From: the human T2T-CHM13v2.0 reference genome, Homo sapiens
Assembly: GCF_009914755.1 (NCBI RefSeq)
Contig: NC_060937.1
Direction: 5' to 3' (one strand)
DNA: 64,000 bases
Position numbers and translations under genes: made by a program. The notes under the pieces are model-generated. The model was not told where the DNA came from and did no database searches. It worked only from the letters and a program-made list of their open reading frames with translations. Each line of letters starts with the position of its first letter. Within the stretch, counting starts at the first letter, position 1. Positions 1-14,633 of this stretch are shown here, piece by piece.

Positions 1-761
1 AAATCTGATTAAATTTTCTTTATATTTCTTCTAGATTACTCTTTACAGTCAATAGAATTAATGGGTTACTATCAACAAAAATCATTGGATTCCCTTAGCA
101 TCAGAATAAAGAATAACCAAATTGTGTGATCAAACTAGGTTAATACTCACTTTGGCAAAAATTATGTTAACTCAAAATCATGTTAACATCAAAGCTATAC
201 AGTGATGTATAAAAACTGGGACTCCCATGAAACTAGAGTTAATAATACAAATGCACAAAACAGGAAGCATAACATTTGAGTTGAAAAACTCTTAGAGTAA
301 AATGTTTAAATTATCTGATTGGAAATGTTAGAGAACAGAAATGATCATTGACATTTCAGTTTTGATATCAACATAAATGATAGTGGTGATGGTGGTGGCA
401 TTCCCTCCTGGAATCAATTAGGAATGTCTCTCCTGCTATCTGCCTGGAGAGCCATCTTTCATCAGGGTAAAGATCACCCTGTCCTGTACAGGCACCATTC
501 TTTAGAGAAGCTGGATAATACAGCTGGAGCAGAATTGAACAAAAGTGCATTTATATGAATGGATCATGTTATCATTTTTCAATTTAAAGGACCTACTTTC
601 CCCTGCACCCTGTCTCTACTCTTCTTCTCTGATTATCTGCAACTACCGTTCTCCACCCATTCAACTGCATTCGCAAACTTTTCTAAGGATATAAGTGAAG
701 CTGAATACATAGTGAATTTAATAACAAACGAGTGGCCCAAGCACTATATATTTTACCTCTC

Positions 762-1092
762 TGTCTTAGACTGGGTGGCCTAAAATGCAGGAATTTATTT
801 TTCATAACTCTGGAGACTGGGGAGTCTGAGTTCAAAGTGCTGACAGAGAGGGTTCTTGGTGAAGGCTCTCTTCCTGACTTGCAGAAGGCTGCCTTCTTGC
901 TGTGTCCTCAAATGGTGGAGAGAAAGATCATATCTTCCATCTCTTCTTACATGGACACTAGTCTCATTCATAAGGGCTCTACCCTCATGACCTTATTTAC
1001 CTCCCAGAGGTCCCACTTCCTCACATCATCACATTAGGAATTAGGGCTTTAATACATGAACTTTGGGCCCATAAAATATTTGGTCCAAAGCA
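762..1092 (-). mobile_element. MaLR solo LTR (MLT1A/MLT1B-like)
   Basis: Reverse-oriented MaLR motifs: gaatttatttttcataactctggagactggggagtctgagttcaaagtgctg, gagggctctaccctcatgacc-like block and terminal tccaaagca. Confidence 0.8.
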
Positions 1093-1640
1093 CTCTTCAT
1101 CAACAGTAGCAGTTCCTCCAAGGGAAGGTAACTAAATGACATTGCAACTGCACTGTGAAGTCACTGGCAGAGTCAGGCCAGTTTGTACCCTGCCAGTGTG
1201 ACTAAATCAAGACCTCAGGCATACAGGCAAGAAAAATGCAGCCTATAAGGCCACACAAAGAGACAGATATCCAGACAAAGGGCAGTGGCTTCAGGATCCA
1301 TAAAGATCTAGTTATCCCTATGCAGCCCGTGCTTCCTAAGCCCAGCAACCCTTTGGCATTGTGAGGTTTCATCTAGCTTCTACAGGCGGCGCTTCAGGTG
1401 CAGAGGAGATCTGCAAAAGCTGCTATGAAGCGTCCCCCACAGTTGTGCCTGTCCTGGCGCAGAGTCCCACGTGTGCCCTCTCTGCTTATGGCAGGGTCTT
1501 TAACTCTCTAAGTCAATAGAACAGGATTTTCTCTTCTCAAATGTGAGCCTACCTAGACAGACTTGTAATTCTCTGACCAGAAAAAAAATATATATCTAGC
1601 ATAAGGATAAGGATAAGATCACTTCTCTCTGTGTTGCGCC

Positions 1641-1830
1641 TTTTTGTTTTCTTTTTTTTTTTTTTTCCTCTTTTTTTGGACAAAGGGTCGTGCTCTGTCT
1701 CCCAGGCTAGAGTGCAGTGATGCAATCATAGCTCACTTCAGTTTCCACCTCTTCTGGGCTCAGTGATCCTCCCACTTCAGTTTTCTAAAACTTCGATTAC
1801 AGACAGATGTGCACCACCACGCCTGGCTAA
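1641..1830 (-). mobile_element. Old Alu right monomer (AluJ/FRAM-like)
   Basis: Poly-T followed by tgctctgtctcccaggctagagtgcagtgatgcaatcatagctcac...caccacgcctggctaa; highly diverged, left arm absent. Confidence 0.85.
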
Positions 1831-3010
1831 TGGGGTGTGGATTTAAACTCTTTTTATTTACCGACATAATTACAAATTTAACACGTGAGTGTTAACACAA
1901 TTGCAAAAACTCTTTAGTTTTCATTTATTAAAATATAAATTCTAATTAAATGATTACAGCATGTATGGCATAGTAGGCAGAACAAAAATTTTGAAACAAA
2001 AATCTGAGGAGGTGTCTCATCTGTGTCACCATATTGCTGGGTGACCTGGTCTCATTGAAATTCTCCCTTGTACTGTTGTGAGAATGGCTTAAGAGAGTGG
2101 ATTAGAAAACACCTTCTAGAGTCTAGAATGCTGTTAAAAATTGAATTGTCATTTTATTGTTTAATGTACCTTTTTAGATTGATAAAGAGCAATACAAATA
2201 CAAATGTATGGCTATTGACTTTTCGCCTTCATTTGTTCACATATGCTCTGACATACACACTATCTAACAATGTGTGTTCAACTTGTGCAGATGAGCTAGA
2301 AAAAACAAAAGTATTTTCCGTTGATGCCCTAACTTCTGTGAAATCTGAAGATATTTAAGCACATCCCCCCAAAAGTGCACGGTCACGGCTCTGGCATTTA
2401 CACAGCATCAGTGGCTCCTCACTCAAATCCTTTGCGAGTCCTCCCCCGTGGTCTACTTGTCATCACAGGTATTAAGATTACCCACCCACAGGTGACAGGT
2501 GTAACCATCCGTGCAGCATGAATCTCATCGAAACTGATATTGTATCTACAAAGCAAATAACATGAAATGCTTTTTCTCATACAGTCAAATGCCTGTGTAT
2601 GTATTAAATTAATTGTGTTCATTGATAATTCTTGCTTATGCAATAACTGTTCTCAACTTTTATGTTCTCCCACTTTCTGGAATGACGAATAACATCTCAT
2701 GCTTTCTCCTGAGAATGGCTTATCACAAGATGAAATCCACATGTAGAAACTCAAATTCATCAGAAACTTTTTCTCTTCTCTGATTTGTTTGTTAAATCAT
2801 GTGCTTGTGAATTCATCATTTGCAGTTTCTAATTTGAAGCACTAATTGCATCTACTTTGAATTCTGCATAAAATCATCTTCACAAAAACAGTGCAATTTA
2901 CTATATTTGTATGAGTTTTCCATCACCTTTCCTTTTCTGATTCATATATTTTTAAAATAATGCACAACGTTTTTAAAAGTGTATTTCTATTCAATAACAA
3001 CATTTACTAG

Positions 3011-3471
<461 letters not shown>

Positions 3472-3529
3472 TAGCATGACACTTTTCTATGTGTGTTCAA
3501 CAAATCTGAAAACAACGTGATGCAGATAT

Positions 3530-3660
3530 GATTATTGTATAAGTTTCATAAATGAAGAAGACTGAGATCCAGAAAGATAAATTAATTGTTCAATGTCACA
3601 TAGCTAGTATTTCACAGAACATGAATATAAACTTACACAGTCTGTTTCCGCAATTCGTGC
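3530..3660 (-). mobile_element. MIR fragment
   Basis: Degenerate MIR core: aaatgaagaagactgagatccagaaagataaattaattgttcaatgtcacatagctagta. Confidence 0.6.
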
Positions 3661-3675
3661 TTTTAAGAAATATGT

Positions 3676-3857
3676 CAGTGGTTCCCAAACCTTAATGCAT
3701 ATAAGAATCATCTCGAGAACCTATTAAAATAGAATTTCCTGGATCGCATGCTTGGATATTCAGAGATTTAAGGTAGGGCTCATGAATGTGTGTGTGTAAC
3801 AAACTCACAGATGTCACTGTTGCTGCTTGTCCAGGTACTATGCTTTGAGACCCACTG
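3676..3857. mobile_element. MER5A-like hAT MITE
   Basis: Terminal inverted repeats cagtggttcccaaa ... tttgagacccactg, ~180 bp, internal agaatcatct motif. Confidence 0.8.
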
Positions 3858-5074
3858 AACTACCTACACTGACTCTCTCATGAGGATAATCAAAGATATC
3901 ATCACCTGAATCTGAATAGTGTTCACTATTTTCACTGAGAAAACACTAAAATATTGTTCTGTTTTGGAAAAGATAAAACTTCACCAGCCAATATATTATA
4001 TCTAACATAACATTTTAGATTCTATATAAAAGCATCTTTCAGTAGAGGTTAAGAGTCATATGGCTTTGTGTTTCAATTATTTTCTGTGGATGTTATGAGA
4101 GTTTGATAATGAGCAAATTGTGTATCTTCCTGAAACTCCATTTTGCACAATTGTAACAGGATCATACCATCGACTACACTGAGTGGGATTAATTGAGATA
4201 ATATAAACATAGCATCTAGCTTAAGGACTTGGTAGCTGCTTAGTTAGAAGCTATTTTTCTTCTCAGGCTATTAAGAAGGAAAATAATCATAGATTATTCA
4301 AATGAATCAATAACACATGGCGAAGACGAGGGGGAAATAGCATAAGGAAAAGGGAGAAAGACCTTGGAGGTTATATACCATATTGACAAACTTCTTGTTT
4401 CATCCAAGTGAAAGTTCAATTGATTTTATAACAAAAGTAACAATATTTCCTGACAATCTTTCCTGCTAATAGCTTGAGTGAAGTGATTAAAGGCCATTAT
4501 ACTCTCCCGAAATAGTCCCCTTCCAGTAAGAACTCATTAAGCACTTTAAACTGTGGAACATGATTATAGAGAATAGAATACTAATTGTTAAAAATAAACG
4601 TCATGCCTGAACTGACTGAATTAATTTCTTTCAATATGTTGATATATAAAGATCTCTAACCACATGTAATTCTTAAATGTCACAATTCCTTTTTCTCTGA
4701 TCTTTAAAATTTGCTACCTATTTCTAATTCCATTTTTTTGTTATATGTTAGTGGAATATGGCATTACTTAAACTTTTACTGTTAAATCCAATATTGGGCA
4801 AAAATAGTGCAGGGAAACATTGTGGCAGGAACAACATGGCCACTATCAAAGCACAATCTGTACTTTCAACATGGATCACTTTATCAACTTCCAGCTTTCT
4901 TTCAGTAATCACAAAGGATGCTGTCACGGCAAAACCACTTAAAGTGCTTAGATTTCCTCTGATTCCATCTTGATATCTCCTGGTTAAAGACTGACTAGTG
5001 GGAGAAGGCAAATTCCACTTGCAAGATCTTCTAAAATGGAACTTACAAGCATTGAAGAGTTGTGTTCAAGAGAA

Positions 5075-5285
5075 TAGGCCAAACTAATATGTAATAATTA
5101 AAAGGCAGAATAGCAATTACCTTTGGGATGAGGCATGAGAAGGCCCGGGTCGGGTAATGCTCTATCAATGTGTTATTTTATTGGCATGCTAGTTACATGG
5201 CTATATTCACTTGAAATCCATTGAGCCGTAGGCTTCTGATTTGTGCACTTTTCTATATATACTTTAATTTTCAATAAAATTTTAC
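5075..5285 (+). mobile_element. Old L1 (L1M-type) 3' end fragment
   Basis: gttacatggctatattcacttgaaatccattgagc...tttgtgcacttttctatatatactttaattttcaataaaa is typical of an L1M 3' UTR terminus. Confidence 0.6.
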
Positions 5286-6321
5286 CTAAAAGAATGTATG
5301 GTCCTAAACTCAGGTATTCTTCTGGGTCCAACATTCCATATTTATAAGGCAGGCAAGTAAAACACAAAAACGACTTGCTTGCTCTTAAAAATGTTATTTT
5401 TGGTCTGCTGTTCAGAGCAGCATTAAAAACAACTTTTCTTGAACAAAATATTTTTTATTTCATGGTCTACGTAAATACACATTTCCAAAGATTGTAAACC
5501 GATTCTTGCTTTATGATGGCTCTTGGTTTCCATGGTTTTATACAAGTCAAAAATCACCCCTGGATAAAAATCAGAGACTAAATTCAGAGGCATGATCCAG
5601 GACAAACCCATCTAGTTCTAGAAATATAAAAATCTCCATCTTCTAGATTTATTTACGTTATTACTATGCTCCAACAGCATCATTTTGGTTTCTAAAGACT
5701 TTAGAATAATTTGTTTTTTCTAAACCAATTTATATCATGTCAAAATGAAATAGCAGTTTTATAACCACCTGGAGGATCAAGCAATCCCCTTCCATAAATA
5801 AAAAAGTAATCTGCATAAATATGTACTAAGATATCCCTATAGACTTTTAAAATCTCGTATATGGGGGAGGGGAGTGAGTACAAACCATTAAAAAAATGTG
5901 AAACAAGTTCCAAACTTTGCATCATTTGCCATATTCTAATTGTCTAATAAATTAATATCAATGCTAAAAACAGATTTGTACAAATATTCATTTGGGATTA
6001 GAGCCAGCTAATTCAGATAAACACATATCTTTCCACTGAGCTGTATGCTCCAAAGCAGAAATTTATAAAAGCAACTCTCAGCAAATATGAATAACATATT
6101 TGGAAGAGCCAATATAATAAATTTGAAAACTCTGAGCTATGTTGCAGTGTACTGCTCATCAAAGAGTATTTTTACATTAGTCAGCCCTAAATGTATTTCC
6201 TTATTCTGTGTAATAGATTCATATTAAGCAGACAGATATGCAATAGATAAAGCAGGAACGAACACCTCCCCATTGACAAGCCGTCAGAAGGGCAAGGGAA
6301 ATATCCCAGATGAGAGGGAAG

Positions 6322-6370
6322 AACAACAACAAAAAAGTCAACAACAACAAAAATGTCAACAACAACAAAG
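6322..6370. repeat. Short tandem repeat, ~18-bp unit x2.7
   Basis: aacaacaacaaaaaagtc / aacaacaacaaaaatgtc / aacaacaacaaag. Confidence 0.8.
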
Positions 6371-7974
6371 TAGCCTCTGAAATAAATGTCTTCGTTAATC
6401 CCTTTCCAACAATAAATCGCGTTCTGAGTGTTCAGGCTAACACTTAAAGCCTGAATCAAGCGAAAAGCTATTCTTGCAGCCACCATAGTCTGCAAAATGT
6501 TCTGTGTATCTGCCTTGTTTATCTTTCCATGTTATCAGCTAGGTCACGATGAGTAAATCTATTCACAAATTGGAATTTGGGTGTAATTATACAATGATCT
6601 TGAGCAAATTTGTCTCGATTAGTAATCATTGACATTGCATCCTACTATCAGAGCTTTGATTGTGAGTTTTAAATACTTCAACAACCAGACTCTCTGTACC
6701 AGTTGCACCTTTCAGTCCTGTGAAACCTGTATGGATGTTCATCCCATATATTTCATATACGCTTATATCTACTGTATCACATGTCATATTTCTTGTCTTT
6801 GTACCACCTCTATTTCAATTAAAATATTTTTCCCTACTTCAAAACATTTGTGGTCTTGTTTTCTCTGGGAAATCTTTCCAGTTACCCTTCATTCCAGTAA
6901 ACAAAAGTAGCAAAAGAGACGACTTTCTCAATGTGATTTCAAACACATCAGAAAGTGCTCAGTTTTCCAGAAAACATATGGCTAATGTTTAACTTCAACT
7001 TTTTAAAAGAAGCTTACCTAATTTTGACAATTTTCTTTGTTAATATTAATCATTCATTCACCCTAATGAGCCATTATTATGTGATAAGTCCATTTTATAC
7101 AAAGAAAGTAGAATATGTTTCTTGCCTTCAGATTCTTCACAGCTCCAAGCAGAATTCAGATGTGTGAACCAGTAATTGTAATAAAATATTTCATAACTAT
7201 TAGAATCAATGGGAAATCAATAAGGGAGCAATTAATTTTTCAGAGAGGGTGGGAAATGTATCAGGAATTTCACTAATGAAGAACTGCTATAAATGATTAT
7301 TAAAGGATGAATTAAAATTTACAAAGATATGAGATAAGAAAGGCTATTCTAGGAAGAATAAAAAAGTAAAAGCGTTTAGTTATAAAATTGGGGAAAAGGG
7401 ATGTTTGGTTTACAGAACTGTAGCAGTTCAGAATCACTGGATATGGGGGGGCACGAAGAAAAATGACAGAAGTTGGAATTCAATTATCATGATCTTGTAT
7501 ATCATTGTACATTCTTGGACATTATCCATGAACAATGGGCTAGCACAGAGGGTTATGGTAAGGAAATGAAGGATGGGAGAGAAATGTCAGCTGGGTAGAG
7601 GGAATATTGGTGTTACTGTTCTTTTGCATTCATCCTTCCAGGCTGCTAGATTTTGAGGAGTTTTCCTCAGTGTGCAGACTCAGTGAGAGTTGGGGCCAAC
7701 CATTCCCCCAAGTTAGAGAAAGCATGAGTCATGTTAAGGAGCTCAGCTTATTAGCTCTTCTCTGAGGATCTGATACTACTAGGGCTTTTGTTTTCATCCT
7801 CCTTATGATGAAGACTTTATCACAAACTAAATTACAATAAACAACTTTCATCTGGATACACCATGATGGAGTTTTTTGCTTTGATTCATACGTTTTCCCA
7901 TAGAGCAATCTTTCTCCTGCTTGCAAATTTTCTCAGAGACCAGAGTACAGTAAATAGCTTGGCTAATTCCCTGC

Positions 7975-8460
7975 ATTAATTCATGCATCTAACCCATATT
8001 TATTGTGCTATTATATGCCAAATACTATTCCAGGCTTTGGAGAGAGAGTAGTGAACAAAACAAGCAGACATCCTTGTTATTGAGCTGCCTTTTTACTGGG
8101 GAAATAGGCAATAAATAAAATAAGTAAAATATGTTTGTTAGATTGGGATAAGCGCTATGGAGAAAAACGAATCGGAGAAGGTAGACAGGAAGTGTATTTA
8201 GGGGGATACAATCTAAGATGGGGGGCAAGGCAAGTTGTATTGAAAAGGTGACATTCAAATAAAAACTTGAAAAATATGAGAGATAATTGATGAGGATATC
8301 TTGGGCAACTGCATTCCAGGTGGAAGGAATCGCGAAGTGTCAAGGCCCTAGACAGAAGCATAGTTAGGTGTGGACAAGCTAAAGCTACCTGTTGGGAAAG
8401 GTAATCAGAGAATGAAGGCAGAGATGGGGAATACAATTAGAGAATGAAGGGTACAAAGGC
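7975..8460 (-). mobile_element. L2 3' portion
   Basis: catatttattgtgctattatatgcc...gtgaacaaaacaagcagacatcc...aaggtgacattcaaat matches the reverse complement of the L2 3' end. Confidence 0.75.
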
Positions 8461-8499
8461 AATGTCATCTTTCTAGCTGCTTTGGTTAAAAAAATATAC

Positions 8500-8912
8500 T
8501 CTTGAGTCCCTTTGTTCTCCCTCACTACACGTGCAATTCTCAGCAGCACCATCGGCTTGTTTCTCAATATAAAACCAATTTCCACATTTCTGATAACTCG
8601 ACTTGCTATTACCTTGATTCTAGCCAACACCACCTTCTGTCTAGATTACCAAACTATCAACCAGGAGATTTCCCTTTTGTGCCATTACCCCCCGCAGTGT
8701 ATCCTGAAAACAGCAGTGGATTCACAAAACCACAAAGTGGTTTTGCATTTCTCAATGTTCTTCTAATAATCAACAAGAAGTCATACATGCCCCTCTCCCC
8801 ACTTGCTGACTTTATTCCCTTTTAGGAGCACCCGTGCGGCCTTTTTGTTTTATTAGAACATGCCAGGCACACTTTCGAGCCAGGGACTCTTGCTTCAGTT
8901 CACCCTGTCTGG
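8500..8912 (+). mobile_element. L2 fragment, opposite orientation to the neighbouring copy
   Basis: ctagccaacaccaccttctgtctagattacc ... aacatgccaggcacactttcgagccagggactcttgc resembles the sense L2 3' region. Confidence 0.6.
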
Positions 8913-9595
8913 ACGGTATCTATCAACTTGGTAAGCTCAAAGCAGGAAATATTTTTAGAAACACTCAAAGTTTCAAGTGTAGAAAACTCTTATCTAACAG
9001 TTCTAAAGGAATAGGATGGGGATCATGGGTAATTACAATCCATGGGTAAATTTTTAAAAGCTTCCTTTGGCTTTTTTTATTATCAAGATATTTTCCTTGT
9101 TGAACTTGTGATACAGATAAGAAATATTTAAACAACCAGTATCCACTTAAGTCGATTTAAGATTAATGAGGAAGCAGAAACAGTAGGGCATAGATGCAGG
9201 GACACGGGAAAAAGATGGTGAAATCTTGGAGGTAACAAACAAGCTTTATTTTCTTCATAGGGTTTTTCTTAGTATAATTCTGCCTATGACCAGATCTCTT
9301 TTTACATTGGAATTGTGAATAGGATGCTTATTGTACTTCGCTGTTTTGCTAAATACTTCAAAAATTATTTACAATTGCCAATATACTTGTTTCTCTGGAC
9401 GTTTCTAAACCATTGGGTTTTAAATGCTTTACTTAAGGTCATAGACTTCAAAGAACGTTTGACAAAATGATTTCATAGTTGAAACAACCTCTATAATGCT
9501 TCCAGCACTGAAAAGCATAAATTCATTTTAGAGTACAAATTATTCAAGATTTTCTGATATTGCCCTGATTATCAATTATACTTAAATAAATTACC

Positions 9596-9945
<350 letters not shown>

Positions 9946-10377
9946 TTATTGTAGTGAATATGTTAGAGTGTAGCAGGAAGAGGCAATATATTCAATACTG
10001 GTCTTTTCCTTTATTATTTCACTTATATTTAAGCAATGGAATTGAGGATTCATTGGCATTGCTATCATAGCTTACTATAATAAGCGATTGGCATCTCTTC
10101 AAACATAAAAAATCTATTAAAAATGGCTGCAGCAAATTTTAAATAACTGTACGTGCGTCTCATGTTTTCAGAGAAAATTTAGAAAAATCTCAGATACCTG
10201 GTGTTAGACCTTGGCTAGGAAATACATTTTTAAAACCTAAATCTAAATCATTAAAAGTAAAAACTTAATTAAAAAAAAAAACTAGTCTTTTTTTTTTTTT
10301 TACAAATGGCATTTTCTTAAATTGTACCTAAACTTTTGCCAAAGCACTCCTAAAATTATTTTCTTATGTAAAGAAAT

Positions 10378-10398
10378 AATAATAATAATAATAATAAT
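10378..10398. repeat. (AAT)n microsatellite
   Basis: About 7 aat units. Confidence 0.85.
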
Positions 10399-13235
10399 GA
10401 ATTAAGCTCTAAGGAGAAGTTCATTTATAACTCATTTTCTTTATATCCACATGCCAAAGTACTAGATTGAACACATGGCTGAGCTAAGCACTGGCCCCGC
10501 TGTCGCCATTGGCCCTGGCCACTGTTGAAAGTGCCTTTGTCACTTTGGCCTGGATGACTGTAGATGTGAATAAAATATATAATGCATTTTCTCCAAGCAA
10601 TTAATTCTTTTTTTTCAGTTAGTGTAGACAGAGTCTATTAAGCAATTAACTGTGGTTAACTCAATTATAGAAAACATAACTCATCTGATTTAGAAACTTA
10701 ACTGACAAGGCAAGTGAACTTTGGCTAACCTCAGTGGGACAGAAATGGAGAGTAGTAAGGCCATGAGGACTGATCATCCTAGAAGAAGAATCCACACAGG
10801 AACAATTTTTGGGGTACTCAAACATGTGGTCAAGTGTTTATGATTTTAGTATGGTTTGGATTGCTAAAATTATGTTTTTATTTTTTCTTACATGAAAGTT
10901 TATCTTTACCAAGAAGTGTAAAAGTTTCTTTCTTTTGGAAAAGCAATAGATTTCACATATTCACATTACTTGTTGATAAAAGTTACTATATGTTCACCAA
11001 AACCTCTACTAGCTGATCATTTTCACAGTGCGCAGTCTACGATAGTGTGCATTTTCTGAAATGTTTAATGATAACATCTTACTCTTCAGTTTTTACTTAG
11101 AGAATTCACTCTCCCAACACTTTGAAGAGAAAAGAAAAATTTTATACAATAAAACGTATTATTAAATCTGTGACAATTTTAATATCCCAAAAATCCTTGC
11201 ATAAAGATTATTAAATATCACGTTTTTTGTAAAAGATTTCTAAAAACTAAATTAACTGATTATTTTTTGTTTGAGGCATAGTATTTTCTTGATGTATTAA
11301 TTTTAATTTAAGCAAAATCCTTAAAACTCTTTTTGTGACATCCATAGAAAGTTTACAGGCTACAAGGAGAGAACAGCTACATACGAATGACAAACATCCA
11401 AGTGGAACCTAATCATTAATAAAGTAATGTTCACCAGTAGTGTATTATAATTTTTGTAGTACTCAATGCCTCAAGTTCAATAAACAAGAATTAATACCAA
11501 ACAGATAGAGTTGATATTAGTTAGGATTAAGGGGTCTCCATACTGATGTTCTTACTACCCAAAATAGTTGTGGTAGACATGAGAAGAATTATAAATAGTG
11601 CACCAAAGACAGGACAAAAAAGGGGGTGGATGTGGTGAGAAAGAGGACAATGGGTGTCTGGGAGAGGGATGGAGGAGGGGCTAAAATTGAAGACAAGATG
11701 CTTGCCATAACTCCATGGCTAAATTGTGAACTACATTTTCAAGGTAAGGATTTTATATCTTTTTTGCATTAGCATCTCCAGAACTCATCAGAGTACTTGA
11801 CAGATTACATGCAGTCAGAGTGTGAGGCAAAAATGGGCAGCCTGTTGACTTTAAAAATAGCATTACTAAATCTGTTGGAATATCGACCAAACATCGAATT
11901 CATTCTTGGGGCATTTATAAGAATTCTTCCTTATTTTTGGCTTGAATTTCCTTATATCCCTGCTTTGAATCTTTAATATAAGCTGGCTTCTTCATGCTCC
12001 CTCCTTATTTTACTTTCCCTTTACACTTTTTGTGACAAGATCTTTGATATATTTAACTGCATAAGCTTGCTTGTTCAATCAAATGGGTTTTTGCTTGTAG
12101 AGATTTTCTATGTCCAAGGAAATTCTAACTGATTCAAGATTGGCTTCTTCTCTTCCTTAACTTCTATTTCTTGCCTCTGCAAAACTATGAGGTAGTTACA
12201 ACATAACTTTACATTGGCCTTAAAGTGATATACTCAGGCTAATCTAGTTAGATTACTCGGCCAGGTAGCTCATGCATTTGGGACTCAACATTCAGGCTAC
12301 AGATTGATTGTGCAACAGAAAAATCGAGAGTGGGTTAATAGAAAGGGTTCAACAACACACTAGCAGAAGGAATGAGGGGTAGAGTCTAGACATATAAGCA
12401 GAAAGTCAAATTAGGCAGATCACCCCAATATGGAAAGAGAAAGGTGCCATGGAAATTTTTGGTTCTGCCACAGACCAGCTTTGAGCATTTGTTCAGTCAT
12501 TATTGTGAACTTCAATTTCTTCAATGACACACAAGGCAATGGATTAGGAGTATATAAAGTATAATTGTTTCCAAATATAAGCTATTATAAATATTGACAT
12601 CTTGCAGTATACCCAGTATTTTAATTATGAAAGTTAAAATTATATAAACAACATATATGTGGTAGTATTTTCTCTTACCTTTATTATAAATTGATCAATA
12701 TAAAAATAATGGCTAAATAGATTATAGCCTCAAAGACAGTAAATGATAATTTCCTTTCCCTAGAAATTGAAATAGTCCAGTATAAAATTTGCTTTTGTTA
12801 AAAGCTTAAAATTTAGGAATATAAAATATATTTACTGTCATGTGGAGGATGTAATAGCATCCTGATTCATTACTTGAGCTTTGTCCAAAGACTTTTATGT
12901 CTTCAAATATACTCTGTGATATTTTACTTTCTCTGGTTATGTATAAAGCTAATCAAGAAGCGAATATAATAGCTGCTACTTTAGGATAAACTAAAGATAG
13001 GAAAATAATTATATTTTATATAGAATGTATCAGCTATCCTTTAAATGCCTATAGTGGTATCAAAACTAACACATGCTAATTTAGCTAGGTATCAGCAATA
13101 GGCTGGCAATTAGTAAGGGTGCTTTGAAGCAATCACTGAAGCTACAACATAAATCTGTGGCAGACAGCACAAACTACATTCTTATGTTGTTAATCACTCT
13201 TCTTAATTTTCAGTGCCAGAAAGAATGGTCCTTTT

Positions 13236-13385
13236 CAGGCTATCTATTGCTGCATAACTAATCACCCTGAGAACTCGGTGGTTTAAAAATTACAATAATT
13301 GCATTAACTTTCAGGGTTTATAGGGGACCAGAACTAGGAAAGAGCTTGGCTTGGTGTTTCCAGTTCAGAGTCTTTCCTTGTGATT
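13236..13385 (-). mobile_element. Old MLT1 LTR fragment
   Basis: ctatctattgctgcataactaatcaccctgagaactcggtggtttaaaa is the reversed 3' end typical of older MLT1 LTRs. Confidence 0.55.
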
Positions 13386-14514
13386 GCATTTAAACTACAA
13401 TAAATTTAATTAAAGTTTAATTCTTAAAAATTAAAGTTTAAAATGTCCCCTGAACCACAAAATAATTTTGGCATAATGATGGCCAATTGACTCTTTCACA
13501 TATGAATTCTATCATTGCCCCTCTATTTTCACCACATTTTACCTAAGAGATACCTGTCTAAAATAACTGGTGGTACCTAATTGATGTTTTCCTAATATAT
13601 ATTATAAGTGCTCTAATATATAAAGTTGCATTGTGTTCTGAATATGTTAGCAAACAACATTAAGTATCAAAATAAAATGTAGGGAATTGCTTTCCTTTTT
13701 TTTTCAGAATGTGCAGGCAAGCAAGAAAGACACAGAATAACATTGAGAGAAATAGAGATCATTGTGCAAGGAGAAGCCTATGAATAAAAATTAGCTGGAA
13801 AGTCAGTCATTATGTCAGAACAAACATCTTCTAAGAAGAAAATTCTGATTGATTTCCACATAATCACTCTGATTGTGGAGTCAGCCTGAGCCACACATGA
13901 GCCAGCTCTTCCACTGCTGTTGACTGCGCCTGCAAACAACCAAGAAAACATAAATCAGGGAGAGGAAATGACTAAAGTATGGATTTAAATGTTCCTATTT
14001 TTACAAGGCTGTAGGCTCCACATTTTTGTTGACTATTTTAATGATACCAGCAACAATTTGGGGCAGCCATCCTGGTAATGTCTCTTAACCTTTTCTGTCA
14101 TTTATGGGAAGCAGTTTGCAGGTACTTCATGATCAGAGAAAGAACTTGACCAATTTATTCTTTAGTATTTAGTTCAAAAGAGAGCTATAAAAACTGTTTT
14201 TTTTTCTAGTTTAAAGGGATGCTATTTTGAGAAAAAAATATTCTCAATAAAATTTGCTACTAAGGTAGACAAAATATATACAAAATTTAAACACATATAA
14301 TAACATATACAAAAGTTACACAGCTCAATTAAACAATCTCAATATGGAGAAAGGCAAAAGATGCTTCTCAAAGATAAGTAACCATAAACTCACTGACCAG
14401 CTAAGTTGGTCCATATTTTATCCGCTCATTTATTCACCTAACATTGACATTTACTGAGCACCTCTATGTGCTCAATACAGTAGTACATGGAACACTTAAC
14501 ATAACTTTAAAGAC

Positions 14515-14521
14515 ATATATG

Positions 14522-14563
<42 letters not shown>
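14515..14563. repeat. (TA)n(CA)n compound microsatellite
   Basis: Direct inspection. Confidence 0.9.
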
Positions 14564-14633
14564 CTTTAATAATAATTTTAAAATGTAACTCAACCTTGTT
14601 ATTAAAGTGAGGCAACTTAATTTTATATCTTGG

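Noticed and set aside
7975-8912. Apparent inversion within one L2
   Set aside because: The two oppositely oriented parts appear to cover overlapping L2 consensus positions, so two independent old copies is the simpler explanation.
10270-10301. A11-ctagtc-T14 palindrome resembling a terminator hairpin
   Set aside because: Adjacent homopolymer runs are common in AT-rich mammalian DNA and nothing else supports a function.
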